NCBI GenBank assembly: GCA_001774555.1 | Contig: MFAI01000036.1 | Coordinates: 1,488-65,487, forward strand | Direction of reading: 5' to 3' | Origin: Candidatus Collierbacteria bacterium RIFCSPLOWO2_01_FULL_50_23 | Lineage (GTDB): Bacteria; Patescibacteriota; Microgenomatia; UBA1400; MFAQ01 | DNA length: 64,000 nucleotides | In this document: positions 28,117-37,562 of the stretch, piece after piece | How the letters are laid out: every line of letters starts with the position of its first letter | How positions within the stretch are numbered: the first letter of the stretch is position 1 | The notes under the pieces: model-generated | The model's input: the letters and a program-made list of their open reading frames with translations, nothing else | What the model was told of the DNA's origin: nothing | Databases searched by the model: none | Position numbers and translations under genes: made by a program

Positions 28117-30894
28117 TCACGAGCAAGCCGCCGGATTATTGTTAGCTACACAAATAGGGATCTTGATTTCGCTTGCCAACTGTTTACCGTCGCGAGGAAA
28201 AGGGTTCTGGTGGTCGATAATATGCGCGTGCCAACTAAGAATATGCCACCCGTCTGCCACTTTTCTAGTATCCAAAGTCATCGCCTGCCTGCTTTTCCAA
28301 GTCGAACCTATTCCCCCCAATTCAGTGGCGGGAACAAATAGTCTTTGCACCGTATAGTCATCCCCATTTTGATCTATGCGCAACTCAATATGATGCACTG
28401 TCGACAACCTATCCGTACTTGTCGAGGTTCCTCTCGATCCAAACCCATATACGGTCAGATTGCCTTTGACTGTTCCCCCCAAAAGCTGTATCGGGCTCAA
28501 GTTCCCCCTCCCCTCGTCCCTAGCCCCATCTATTGTGGCATACGCGTACCCCAGCTTCTCGTACCAAGCATGGGCATCCAAAATGTCATATGCGGTCGCG
28601 GGTAACACCGGATGATGGGCCGCCCCCGTGCCGCCAGTCCCAGGATCTCGGTTGAACCATATCACCTGATTTATATTCACCTGCAAGCCATCGCCGCTTG
28701 CCGCCGACCCGTCTCCGAAATTGTTTGTCGATCCCTCTTTTGCCAAACACCTTGTCCGCAGTTCATACGAGTCGGCCCCCCCCTCGGCCGTAAGCGTCAT
28801 ATTCACAAAATTCTCTACCGTATTTTGGCTCAAAGAACGATAAGAACCTCCACTCCTTTGAATCACCAAGTTGTGACTGCCGCTCAAAGTATTTTTTGCT
28901 GTTCCTTTGGCCGGGTATTTGCCCGGCTTCAAACAAGTCATACTTTGCGTTATCACGTCTCCGGAATTAAATCTCTTTCTTTCTGGAAATATGCTCCTAT
29001 TCACAACCCACACCTGGTTTTCATAAAACTTATCTGTGGGGCCCCACCACGCCCCTCCAGCGGCAATATTTCGGTTTCCAGCTCGCACCTGGTTTAATAT
29101 AAATTCATTCGTATAATTGTCCGAATCAGTGAGAGAGTCAAAACCTCCACAATCCACTCGAGCAAAGCCATTTAAAAAGCATGTTCCATCTCCGATTGGC
29201 GGCTGTGTCGGAGGGGGAGTAGCAGTTGACACCAATGGCGTAGGCGTAGGAGTTCGCGTTGGCGACGGAGATGCATTTGGACTAGACGACGGTGCAATTG
29301 CAAAAGAATCTGAAAAGTTACCCCCTCCGCCGTTTGCCGCAGTCACCGGCGCCTTGATAAAATCTACTTGTAAACGATTGGATGTCACGTTGATTTTCGC
29401 AAACCCGTGTGTGGGGTTAAAACTCGACCCCGACCATCTGGCAAAATAGACCTGTTCGGGATCGGACAAGTCAAAAGACGTTAGCGACGCTCCCCCAGAT
29501 CCCACCATGTAAAAAATTGTACCTTGGCCTTTAGTGTAAGTTCTTCCGGAACTAGTAGTAGAGTTGACTATACAAACACTGGGATAAAAAGAAGGACTGC
29601 TAACACAGTTACTACTTCCTGCCTTTCCCAACAGCTTGCTTATCTGGACACCATGTTTATGCCCTTCCAGCACCAAGTCCACCTTTTTTTCTAAAAGCAA
29701 GTTCATTACCTCTGTCCCCGAATCACAGCCCAAGCCCATAACTATACATGGGTAGTGTTTGCCCACGATGATCCACCCAATACCAGCGGCCCTGGCCGAA
29801 TCAATGGCGTTCACCAACCACGTTCGGTGAACACCGCTTGAGTAAGAATAATATCCTTCACTGTCATCAGAAAAGTCCAAGCCCGGGGAAATCATGATAA
29901 ACCTAGCCAGAGGCAAAGACTGGGGGTAGTCAAAGTAAAATTCCCGGGCATACTTGCCCACCATGCCGGATATTCGGTTCGGCAAACAGTTGGCAAAATT
30001 AATAATGTTCCCATCTGGACCACTGTCTTCGTGATTACCCGCCACCAGCTCAAAAGGGAAACTACTTCCCACATAACCTTTAACAAAATCGCACCAGGCC
30101 GATTCTGGCGTCACGTGGTTGTAACTTAAATCTCCCAAAGCCAGAAAGAAATTCAAGTTATTTTTGGCCACTTCAGTCAGCACTACACCACCACGATAGG
30201 TCCGGCCACCAATATCACCCGCCGCCCCAAAGGTAAAGCTACCAGGCGCGTTGGTGGGAATAGGGGTAGCGGTTGACACCAATGGCGCAGGCGTAGGAGT
30301 CCGCGTTGGCGTCGGTGAATTAGTTGGCAAAACCGGATTCAAAGTCAATATTGACCCCCCACTCTCAAACAGCAATTCTCTCGCTTCTATGTCTACCACC
30401 TGCACCCCATTTATCCCAACAACCGTCGAGGTGTCGCTTTGAGACGTATTCGAGTCGAATTTCAAAGACGCTATCAATATCTCTCCTACTACGGGATTGG
30501 CTCTTGTCAGCGGATCCAGCCCCACCGCCACTCTGATCTTGCCAGTCGAGTTAGCCTCACCCTTTTCTGTCTTCACAATTACTCGGTTTAAAACCGGTCC
30601 CAATTCAACCTCGTTTTTCAGTTGCACCTTACTGGCATCAAATTCCACCACTAGGTCTGCAAAAACTACTTTTTTTCCTTTGGTATCTAGTCTCACCGTC
30701 AAGCTCTGATCGGGAGGCAATGTGGTCGCTTCGGGGGACACAAAAACACGCACTTTCTCACTAGTTGCAGCTCTCAGAGAAAACCTCACTTCACGCTGTA
30801 CCAATATCAATACTATTCCAAATCCCGCCAGCAACAATCCCGCCAGCAACAATCTTACCATCGAAACCCGCCCAACTAGTTTCCTTATCACCAT
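28117..30894 (-). CDS. Large membrane-anchored surface protein: cohesin-like N-terminal beta domain, Thr/Pro linker, calcineurin-like metallophosphoesterase domain, second Thr/Pro linker, C-terminal domain
   Basis: 925 aa with N-terminal TM. Metallophosphoesterase motifs GDLSY, GNHE and GHKH are present. Linkers PTPTRTPTPAPLVSTATP and SPSPTRTPTPTPLVSTATPPPT. The N-terminal region VVFADLVVEFDASKVQLKN...GEILIASLKF resembles a cohesin module. Confidence 0.55.
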   Translation of the reverse strand: MVIRKLVGRVSMVRLLLAGLLLAGFGIVLILVQREVRFSLRAATSEKVRVFVSPEATTLPPDQSLTVRLDTKGKKVVFADLVVEFDASKVQLKNEVELGPVLNRVIVKTEKGEANSTGKIRVAVGLDPLTRANPVVGEILIASLKFDSNTSQSDTSTVVGINGVQVVDIEARELLFESGGSILTLNPVLPTNSPTPTRTPTPAPLVSTATPIPTNAPGSFTFGAAGDIGGRTYRGGVVLTEVAKNNLNFFLALGDLSYNHVTPESAWCDFVKGYVGSSFPFELVAGNHEDSGPDGNIINFANCLPNRISGMVGKYAREFYFDYPQSLPLARFIMISPGLDFSDDSEGYYSYSSGVHRTWLVNAIDSARAAGIGWIIVGKHYPCIVMGLGCDSGTEVMNLLLEKKVDLVLEGHKHGVQISKLLGKAGSSNCVSSPSFYPSVCIVNSTTSSGRTYTKGQGTIFYMVGSGGASLTSFDLSDPEQVYFARWSGSSFNPTHGFAKINVTSNRLQVDFIKAPVTAANGGGGNFSDSFAIAPSSSPNASPSPTRTPTPTPLVSTATPPPTQPPIGDGTCFLNGFARVDCGGFDSLTDSDNYTNEFILNQVRAGNRNIAAGGAWWGPTDKFYENQVWVVNRSIFPERKRFNSGDVITQSMTCLKPGKYPAKGTAKNTLSGSHNLVIQRSGGSYRSLSQNTVENFVNMTLTAEGGADSYELRTRCLAKEGSTNNFGDGSAASGDGLQVNINQVIWFNRDPGTGGTGAAHHPVLPATAYDILDAHAWYEKLGYAYATIDGARDEGRGNLSPIQLLGGTVKGNLTVYGFGSRGTSTSTDRLSTVHHIELRIDQNGDDYTVQRLFVPATELGGIGSTWKSRQAMTLDTRKVADGWHILSWHAHIIDHQNPFPRDGKQLASEIKIPICVANNNPAACS

Positions 30895-33800
30895 TATCGT
30901 TCAATATATTTGATAACTAGTTTCGGCGCAGTCTCTGACTTACCGTCCCAAGATACCACAAACTTTCTTCCCCACTGTCTACCAACACCCTTCAATATCA
31001 CCGCCATACTGTTTCCCCTCACCCAATCATCCCTATTTATCACTTCTTGAATAACTGCCGCCATATCGTCCAACTCATACCAAGCATTAGACGACCAGCT
31101 GACATTTGAGCTATGGTTCACTCTGGCCTTGGTCAACTGCCTCCCCGAAGGTACACTAGAATCAGAAAAAGTAAGGCTATTCCCACTCGCCTCCGCCGCT
31201 ATATTCATATCCATGTTTATCCACTGACCCTTGGCCGAAAAAAACTTCAGCTTTGCCGATACAATACTCGCTTTAGCCGGAACATCGACATTCGTAAATC
31301 TTAGACCAGCATAGCCCCTCCCGACCGCCCCTCCGTCTCCCAGCCACAGTTGTCCATAGTTGGAAGGATAGTAAGTGTCCAAAACTCCCTTTTCCTCATT
31401 TACGTCGTCAGCCGATGATCCGATCTGCGACTCAACCATCAACTCAACTCCCACCCCCGCCCCAGTATCCACTCTTGTGAGCGCAGGACTTGTCTGCACG
31501 TTTGTCTCAAATGTTCTCAGCCAAATCGCAAAATCCACTCCGTCCACTACATTGTCATCGTTGAAATCAGCATCGGCCGGACAGGCCCCACCTGGTTTAC
31601 CAAATTGACCTATAAGTATCTCGAGATCCATCTCATTCACCGCCCCATCACAATCAGCGTCTCCCACAAAGTCAGCCGGGGGGAGGATCTCCGCATCTCG
31701 AGTCCTAGTCGGCACTGCCGTCGATGTGGGAACGAAAGTAGGAACCCGAGTCGCAGTCGGCACTGCCGTCGATGTGGGAACGAAAGTAGGAACCCGAGTC
31801 GCAGTCGGCACTGCCGTCGATGTAAATTCGTGAGCACCAATATCAAACTTACCCCCTTGAGGTCTTGGGGTATTCCAATAGTCAACATTAGTTGCCGTTG
31901 CTATCCCGCCATCAATTGCAGGTGAACCAGAAGTTAGTTTATAATTTTCGGCGGTGGCGGAGGAAGCATTAATATTCACCAGTTTTGGATCCTGAGTCAG
32001 GTTATTCGCGGAGCTGATGCCCGAAAATGAGGAGGAACTTCCAGAATTTCTTGGGTAAAGAATGTTATTCCTAATAGAGCTGCCTGAATGACTACCGGAA
32101 TTTATAAGGATGGCTTGCTCCCGGGTGTCGACAATCGTGTTGTGTTCAATAACCGTATTTTTAATCCCGGAACAGCCGGGTTGATAGTTGAAGAAAGAGA
32201 TGCCTCTACGAGTACCGGCAATAATATTATTTCTGATGGCATTGTTAGAGGAGGGACAGCCCCGGCCATAGTTCTCGTCTGCTATGGAAATGCCGTTGGC
32301 TATTTTTTGCTTTTGGCCGCCATCGCTAGCGTCTAATTCAGAGACAAGATTTCGTTCGACAATCGAGTTTTTAGCGTTGTCAAGGTAAATATCTACACTC
32401 CAGTTGTCAACGACTCTATTACCGACGATTTGAGAGGAGTCGCTCCCTCTCCACGAAGCAATTCCTTCCCCCCAGTTTCCACGAACATAATTATCAATAA
32501 CTTTGATGTGGTCAGCATTAGTTACTCCGATGTTAATCGGCCAAGTGGGAGCATTGTTACACCCACGTTTGCCGTTTTCGTTGCACAAAACGTTGTTGGT
32601 AATTTCGCTCTTTTGCAACGTAGAATAGCTGGAGTTATCAAAGTCTATAGCTCGCGCGTGAGAGCGGGTAACTTTCATCTTATCCAAAACATTGTAGTTT
32701 CCCCTAATATTAATGCCAGCAGCAGGAGAGTTTTGCACAACAAAACCCGAGAGGGTCACGTAATTGGTGCGCGAAGAATTACTACCAATAGTCACCAGAG
32801 CGCCATAGTAGCTGATGCTCAATCCTCCTCCGTCAATCACCGGGGTCTCGTTTGGGTAGTTCTTGAAGGTAATTCTTCCAGTCGCCGTCCCGCTTTTAGT
32901 AATCCGCCAGGCTTGGTTGTACACCCCGGAGCGAACCCAGACCGTATCTCCGGGACCAACAGCATTAGTCGCCTTCTGCAGCGTTTTAAATGGCTGAGAC
33001 AGCGTGCCCGGGCTTGAATCCGATCCCTGTGGTGATACATAATAGTTACCAGAGCTGCCCGAAACCGGGGCGGGGGTTGCAGCCGCAGTTCCGGTCGGAC
33101 TAGAAACTACAGCGCCCGTAACGCAATTTCCACTCCCAGAGTCTAGTACTGTATGACTGGCATTATCACTTATAAACTGCCATTCGTAACTGGTAGGACG
33201 CAAGGTTAGTTTTAAAATCCCAAATCCGGAATTAAAACGAAACTCGCTATTTGATACAGCAGTGCCAAAAGAGTACAGGCTCTTCCCCCCAGTTCCCACT
33301 ACAAACTGCCTAATACCACCGCCAAAATCCGACAGGCCGGAGGGACCTTGAGGAGCAAATCTTTCATAGTCGTGATCGTGACCAGACAAAACTACGTCCG
33401 CCTTATAATCGTAAAGCGCCTGCCAAAAAGGCCGAACCGAAGTGTCACTCCCATGATTGCCGGAACTGAATCTTGGCTTATGCCAGTAGGCCAAGGTACA
33501 CGTCCTAGGGTTGGCAGCCAGATCACTCCTCAACCATTGTTCTTGAACCGAGCCGGTGCTGCGAGCTATTTCGGAATTAAGAGCGATGATGTGCCAACTA
33601 CCAATATTATAACTGTAGTACCCCTTATTCGGATCACCGGCTGCACTTCCAAAATATCCATAGTATCCCGCAGCTCCACTCGTGTTATATTCATGATTTC
33701 CCGGCACCGGCCGAGTAATACGCTTCAGTCGACCCCAGCTAGGCTCGTAATAAGTATTAAATGTCGACAAGGTCCCGTCCGGATATTGGTTGTCCCCCAG

Positions 33801-34028
33801 AGTCAATACCGCGATAGGATTAATCCACAGTGCCAAATCTGAGGTCTTCATTTGATGACAGAACGTAGTTCCAACCGTACTTGACGAGCAAGAAATATCC
33901 CCGGCAGTCACAATCACCGGATCACTGGACTGAGCCATTGCCCTCGCTGGACCAAACAAGCCCAACACAAACAACCACACTAAGAACAGATACTTATTCA
34001 TACACTTGTCCCAAAATTGATTCAACAA
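30894..34028 (-). CDS. Giant secreted protein: N-terminal purple-acid-phosphatase-like metallophosphoesterase, parallel beta-helix (pectin-lyase fold) repeats, 16-aa Thr/Pro tandem repeats, dockerin-like Ca-binding repeats, C-terminal domain
   Basis: 1044 aa with signal peptide. Metallophosphoesterase motifs GDNQY, GNHEY and GHDHDYER. Beta-helix repeats such as IRNNIIAGTRRGISFFN and TVIEHNTIVDTRE. Repeats TSTAVPTATRVPTFVP x3. DADCDGAVNEMDLEIL and DFNDDNVVDGVDFAIW look like dockerin/EF-hand-like loops. Confidence 0.55.
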   Translation of the reverse strand: MLNQFWDKCMNKYLFLVWLFVLGLFGPARAMAQSSDPVIVTAGDISCSSSTVGTTFCHQMKTSDLALWINPIAVLTLGDNQYPDGTLSTFNTYYEPSWGRLKRITRPVPGNHEYNTSGAAGYYGYFGSAAGDPNKGYYSYNIGSWHIIALNSEIARSTGSVQEQWLRSDLAANPRTCTLAYWHKPRFSSGNHGSDTSVRPFWQALYDYKADVVLSGHDHDYERFAPQGPSGLSDFGGGIRQFVVGTGGKSLYSFGTAVSNSEFRFNSGFGILKLTLRPTSYEWQFISDNASHTVLDSGSGNCVTGAVVSSPTGTAAATPAPVSGSSGNYYVSPQGSDSSPGTLSQPFKTLQKATNAVGPGDTVWVRSGVYNQAWRITKSGTATGRITFKNYPNETPVIDGGGLSISYYGALVTIGSNSSRTNYVTLSGFVVQNSPAAGINIRGNYNVLDKMKVTRSHARAIDFDNSSYSTLQKSEITNNVLCNENGKRGCNNAPTWPINIGVTNADHIKVIDNYVRGNWGEGIASWRGSDSSQIVGNRVVDNWSVDIYLDNAKNSIVERNLVSELDASDGGQKQKIANGISIADENYGRGCPSSNNAIRNNIIAGTRRGISFFNYQPGCSGIKNTVIEHNTIVDTREQAILINSGSHSGSSIRNNILYPRNSGSSSSFSGISSANNLTQDPKLVNINASSATAENYKLTSGSPAIDGGIATATNVDYWNTPRPQGGKFDIGAHEFTSTAVPTATRVPTFVPTSTAVPTATRVPTFVPTSTAVPTRTRDAEILPPADFVGDADCDGAVNEMDLEILIGQFGKPGGACPADADFNDDNVVDGVDFAIWLRTFETNVQTSPALTRVDTGAGVGVELMVESQIGSSADDVNEEKGVLDTYYPSNYGQLWLGDGGAVGRGYAGLRFTNVDVPAKASIVSAKLKFFSAKGQWINMDMNIAAEASGNSLTFSDSSVPSGRQLTKARVNHSSNVSWSSNAWYELDDMAAVIQEVINRDDWVRGNSMAVILKGVGRQWGRKFVVSWDGKSETAPKLVIKYIER
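31707..31820. repeat. Perfect 48 bp tandem repeat (~2.4 copies) inside CDS 30894..34028, encoding TSTAVPTATRVPTFVP
   Basis: gtcggcactgccgtcgatgtgggaacgaaagtaggaacccgagtcgca repeated head-to-tail with no mismatches over two full units. Confidence 0.85.
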
Positions 34029-34458
34029 AAATTAAGGTCATGTCACGCTCTCCGTCATTTTTGATTATGAAATTAAACACTTGCCCTGACTTCCGAATCG
34101 CTAAAACCTGTTCATCTTCCGAGCCTGGCGCATCCGGCCCTTCCACCTCCCAACCTTGGCCGACGAGCTCTTTCACGTACCATCTCGTTACTTCATCCAC
34201 TGCGTCCGTGGCTTCCCAAATCACGGTAAACCCCTCGTTGTTACCAAGAGTTTTCCTATACGATTTCAGAACCTGAATACCGGGATACCGGGGAAATTCA
34301 GGAAAATTCGGGTCGATTCGTCCTCCCAAATCTACCACTCCCTCTTGTAAACCCATCCGAGGTTCGACTACCTTTCCGTTTTTACCAATCATTAACCAGG
34401 TGCCAACCACAACCAAAAAAACCAACACTAAAGAAGCTAACACCCACAAAGACCTCAT
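33994..34458 (-). CDS. Hypothetical membrane-anchored protein
   Basis: 154 aa with N-terminal TM LWVLASLVLVFLVVVGTWLMI. No motif recognised. Confidence 0.35.
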   Translation of the reverse strand: MRSLWVLASLVLVFLVVVGTWLMIGKNGKVVEPRMGLQEGVVDLGGRIDPNFPEFPRYPGIQVLKSYRKTLGNNEGFTVIWEATDAVDEVTRWYVKELVGQGWEVEGPDAPGSEDEQVLAIRKSGQVFNFIIKNDGERDMTLIFVESILGQVYE

Positions 34459-34469
34459 CTACCTAGACT

Positions 34470-35160
34470 AACACATTGATCGGTACCCTAGCAAACAAGG
34501 GGCTCCAAATGTGCTCGTTTTTGGAAAAATTCGAACGCATTTCAAACAGAATTTTAAGGATCATTTTATTCAAACTTTGCAAATACCTCGCATCTTGATG
34601 CGAGGATAAAGTTTATTTGCAGCAGATGATGCTCCGCAAGCTTACGCATGCGGTTTCTCTTAGAGTGCAAGCTTTGCTTGTCCCAAGTCTTCTTGTTGCT
34701 GGTATTTGATGTATCTTCTGATGGTCTCCTCGCCTGCGCTCACGGTCACAGCAAAATAGCCGGTTGACCAAACAGACCTGAGGTTACGGTATTTCTGTTT
34801 TAGGAAATCAAATTTCTGCATTAGTGCACCACCGGTATTTTGTTTGAGTATTCCTACCACCTTGGAGATACTGTACTTGGGTGGAAAAGATAAAAGCAGG
34901 TGGACGTGGCCAACCTGGATACTAGTTTCCAGGAATTGGATCTCGGGGTAATACTTTCTGACTTCATGAAATTTGATTTCTAAGTACTCGGCTACCCCCT
35001 TGACGAGAACCTTGTACCGAAACTTGGGTATCCAGACCAGATGATATTCACAACGGTAGACACAGTGGGCTTGACGGGATAGTTTCACCACCACATTCTA
35101 CCCGTCAATCAGAAGACTTGGGAAGAAACTTCATCCCCGGGCTTACGCCCTGGAGGGTTT
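34470..35160 (-). mobile_element. IS200/IS605-family insertion sequence (tnpA only, no tnpB)
   Basis: Y1 HUH transposase ORF flanked on the 3' side by two perfect palindromes (cctcgcatc-ttga-tgcgagg at ~34584-34603 and ccgcaagcttacgcatgcgg at ~34636-34655), typical of IS200 subterminal hairpins. Boundaries are approximate. Confidence 0.55.
34660..35094 (-). CDS. tnpA: IS200/IS605 family transposase TnpA (Y1 HUH tyrosine transposase)
   Basis: 144 aa with CEYHLVWIPKFRYK and HUH motif VGHVHLLLSFPPKYS plus a C-terminal catalytic Tyr region. Confidence 0.8.
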   Translation of the reverse strand: MVVKLSRQAHCVYRCEYHLVWIPKFRYKVLVKGVAEYLEIKFHEVRKYYPEIQFLETSIQVGHVHLLLSFPPKYSISKVVGILKQNTGGALMQKFDFLKQKYRNLRSVWSTGYFAVTVSAGEETIRRYIKYQQQEDLGQAKLAL

Positions 35161-35220
35161 TAAGTAGAGAGGTTATAGTGTGGGGTACAAAAAAAATTAT
35201 ATAGAGAATCTCTGTGCAGA

Positions 35221-35889
35221 TTACCACTTTATTTTATCATACTGCGCGAGTTCATAATAACCTGTTTTTATTGCTAAAGGGCCGATTTCAATTTTAGGGG
35301 AAAATTTATATGCAGCCACAGATTCCAATCCATATTCCCCAAGGTCTTCACCCAAAACTGATCCGTTAATTGAGAAGTTTCTAGGCTTAAATTGAGCAAA
35401 AAAAAGTTTACCATCCCCTTTAAGTATCCTCGTAGTTTCTGCCCAAAATTGTTTTTTTTGGTTGGGGGTAACATATCTGTAACCACCGACGCAAACGATA
35501 GTGTCGAAAGACCTTGTTGCAAATGGTTGACGGGTAAAATCAGCATTTACAATGCTTGCTGAAGCTACCGGCTCTCCTTGATCCCGAACTCTGTTTTTCA
35601 ACAAATCCAATGCTGGCAGTGACAAGTCAAGAAAGGTCACATCTTTTAACCTACTTTTCAATACAGATGAAACTAGTCCAGATCCGGCAGCAAGTTCAAG
35701 AACCCTTCCCGGGTTTACTCCTAATTTAGATACTAAAAAATCGGCAAATTCTTTTCTTTTGGTCAGTATTTCCGCTGCTTCATCATATAAAGCTAATTCA
35801 GAGTTTCCATACTGGGACCTAGAGTCAGCCGCATACCATCTAAGCGCGTTGATGGCTAATGTGAGCGGGTTGGGTGTTTGTTCACTCAT
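35221..35889 (-). CDS. Class I SAM-dependent methyltransferase
   Basis: Motif I VLELAAGSGLVS, acidic residue after beta-2 (FLDLS), motif IV-like IVCVGGY. Confidence 0.65.
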   Translation of the reverse strand: MSEQTPNPLTLAINALRWYAADSRSQYGNSELALYDEAAEILTKRKEFADFLVSKLGVNPGRVLELAAGSGLVSSVLKSRLKDVTFLDLSLPALDLLKNRVRDQGEPVASASIVNADFTRQPFATRSFDTIVCVGGYRYVTPNQKKQFWAETTRILKGDGKLFFAQFKPRNFSINGSVLGEDLGEYGLESVAAYKFSPKIEIGPLAIKTGYYELAQYDKIKW

Positions 35890-36001
35890 GATATTTTATT
35901 ATCTGAGATCATCCATAATTTGTCAAAAGCCACAAGGTCAACTTTATCCCCGCGAAAGATGTGGTTGCCGCTCCGCAAGTACGAACAAAACCGCAGAAGT
36001 G

Positions 36002-36085
36002 TGCCGGAGAGAGGACTCGAACCTCCAAGCCCTTACGGGCAATAGGTCCTAAACCTATCGCGGCTACCAATTTCGCCACCCCGGC
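36002..36085 (-). tRNA. tRNA-Leu (anticodon TAG)
   Basis: Reverse complement: GCCGGGG-TG-GCG-AAATTGGTAG-CCGC-G-ATAGG-TTTAGGA-CCTAT-long variable arm TGCCCGTAAGGGCTTG-GAGGTTCGAGTCCTC-TCTCCGGC-A. Confidence 0.82.
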
Positions 36086-36129
36086 ATATAAGCTTATTTT
36101 ACATCGGTCGATGGTATAATTCAGCCCAA

Positions 36130-36921
36130 ATGGAAATCAAACTGGAAAAGCAGGAAAAAAGCACGGCTGTGGTAAACGTCGTCGTCACCCCCAAAGAGGT
36201 CGCCACCGAGGAACAACACACCCTGGAACATCTGGCCGAAGAAACTACCATCAAGGGTTTCCGAAAAGGCAAGGCGCCCCTAAACCTCGTCAAAAATAGC
36301 CTCGATCCAGAGAAACTCAAAGAAAGAACCATCATCCATCTTTTAGGACATGCCATCGACCAGGCCGTCAAAGATCTAAAACTCAAGGTGATAAGTAATC
36401 CCCACCTGACCAATGAGGACACCAGTAAGCCCGAGTGGGCATTTATCCTCGAGTTCCCCCTCTATCCGGAATTTGAACTAGGAGACTACCAAAAAAGGAT
36501 CAGGGCGGCGGTAGTCAAGGCCAAACCGGAAAATGACGACAAAAAGTTGAAGGTCATCTTCGATATACTTCTTGACACCGTCAAAATGGATATCCCCGAA
36601 GCTCTCATCGCCGAAGAGGTGAATCGCTCTTTGGGCCGCTTGGTCAGCCAGACCGAATCTCTGAATCTGTCCGTCACTGACTATCTCAAATCGATCAAAA
36701 AGACGCCCGAGCAGATGCGAGAAGAATACCAAAAGACCGCGGGGGAGAGTCTAAGGCTCGATTTTCTGCTCTTTGCCGTCGCAAAGGACCTAAAATTGAC
36801 AGTTTCCGAAGATGAAGTAAAATCATTACAAGGGGTTGCCGATGTCAAACCGGAGAGCCGTCCTTACCTCGAAAGTGTTCTCCTGAAACGCAAGGCGGTT
36901 GACAGCCTCTTAAAACTTTGA
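36130..36921 (+). CDS. tig: Trigger factor-like ribosome-associated chaperone (short form lacking an obvious PPIase domain)
   Basis: N-terminal GFRKGKAPLNLV ribosome-binding signature (GFRxGxxP) and a C-terminal helical arm. Only 263 aa versus ~430 aa for canonical Tig. Confidence 0.5.
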   Translation: MEIKLEKQEKSTAVVNVVVTPKEVATEEQHTLEHLAEETTIKGFRKGKAPLNLVKNSLDPEKLKERTIIHLLGHAIDQAVKDLKLKVISNPHLTNEDTSKPEWAFILEFPLYPEFELGDYQKRIRAAVVKAKPENDDKKLKVIFDILLDTVKMDIPEALIAEEVNRSLGRLVSQTESLNLSVTDYLKSIKKTPEQMREEYQKTAGESLRLDFLLFAVAKDLKLTVSEDEVKSLQGVADVKPESRPYLESVLLKRKAVDSLLKL

Positions 36922-36935
36922 TATTATAGGCTCAC

Positions 36936-37499
36936 ATGAATCAGCTCAGTTCCGCCAAAACCAGTTCAGGCACAAAACCAACATCTCCCAAGATAAATAA
37001 TTTCCTGGAAACTCTCAAAAACAACCAGGCATCCCCGATGGGCGGCCGTTTTGAATCTCCCTTTGGAGAAAATCCTTTTGCCCAGTTCAACCGCCAAAAA
37101 GAGATTGAAAAACAACGGGTGGCTCAATTTCACCAGGCCAGGCTTACTGAATGGGAGCGGGTCTATTCTGCCAAGGACAAACAGGTCGAGAAACAGATCG
37201 AAGAGATCAGACGGGAGCTTCAGGCACTGGCCAAACAGATCGTCAAATACGATCAAAACGTCACTCAGGCTATCCAAACCCAAGTGGTCACCCCAGGCGT
37301 TTACCACATCTCCTTCTTCGAACACATCAAACAGATAATCGCTCTGATCAGGAAAAACGTCACCGAAGCCAACTCCTGGCTTTCCGTTTTCAAAAAGCGA
37401 GGAGCCCAAAAGGGTGGGGCCTTCTGGGCAAACACCAAAAAGGGTGGCACTTCCTACTTGATGAGCGGCGAACACGCCGCCGCCCGCTCCGCCGGCTAA
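36936..37499 (+). CDS. Hypothetical protein
   Basis: 187 aa, Gln/Lys-rich and helical. No motif. Confidence 0.3.
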   Translation: MNQLSSAKTSSGTKPTSPKINNFLETLKNNQASPMGGRFESPFGENPFAQFNRQKEIEKQRVAQFHQARLTEWERVYSAKDKQVEKQIEEIRRELQALAKQIVKYDQNVTQAIQTQVVTPGVYHISFFEHIKQIIALIRKNVTEANSWLSVFKKRGAQKGGAFWANTKKGGTSYLMSGEHAAARSAG

Positions 37500-37562
37500 G
37501 CGAGCTGGTCGAGCGAAGTGTCGATCATCAGATCGACCTAAATTATTAATGACGAAATATTT

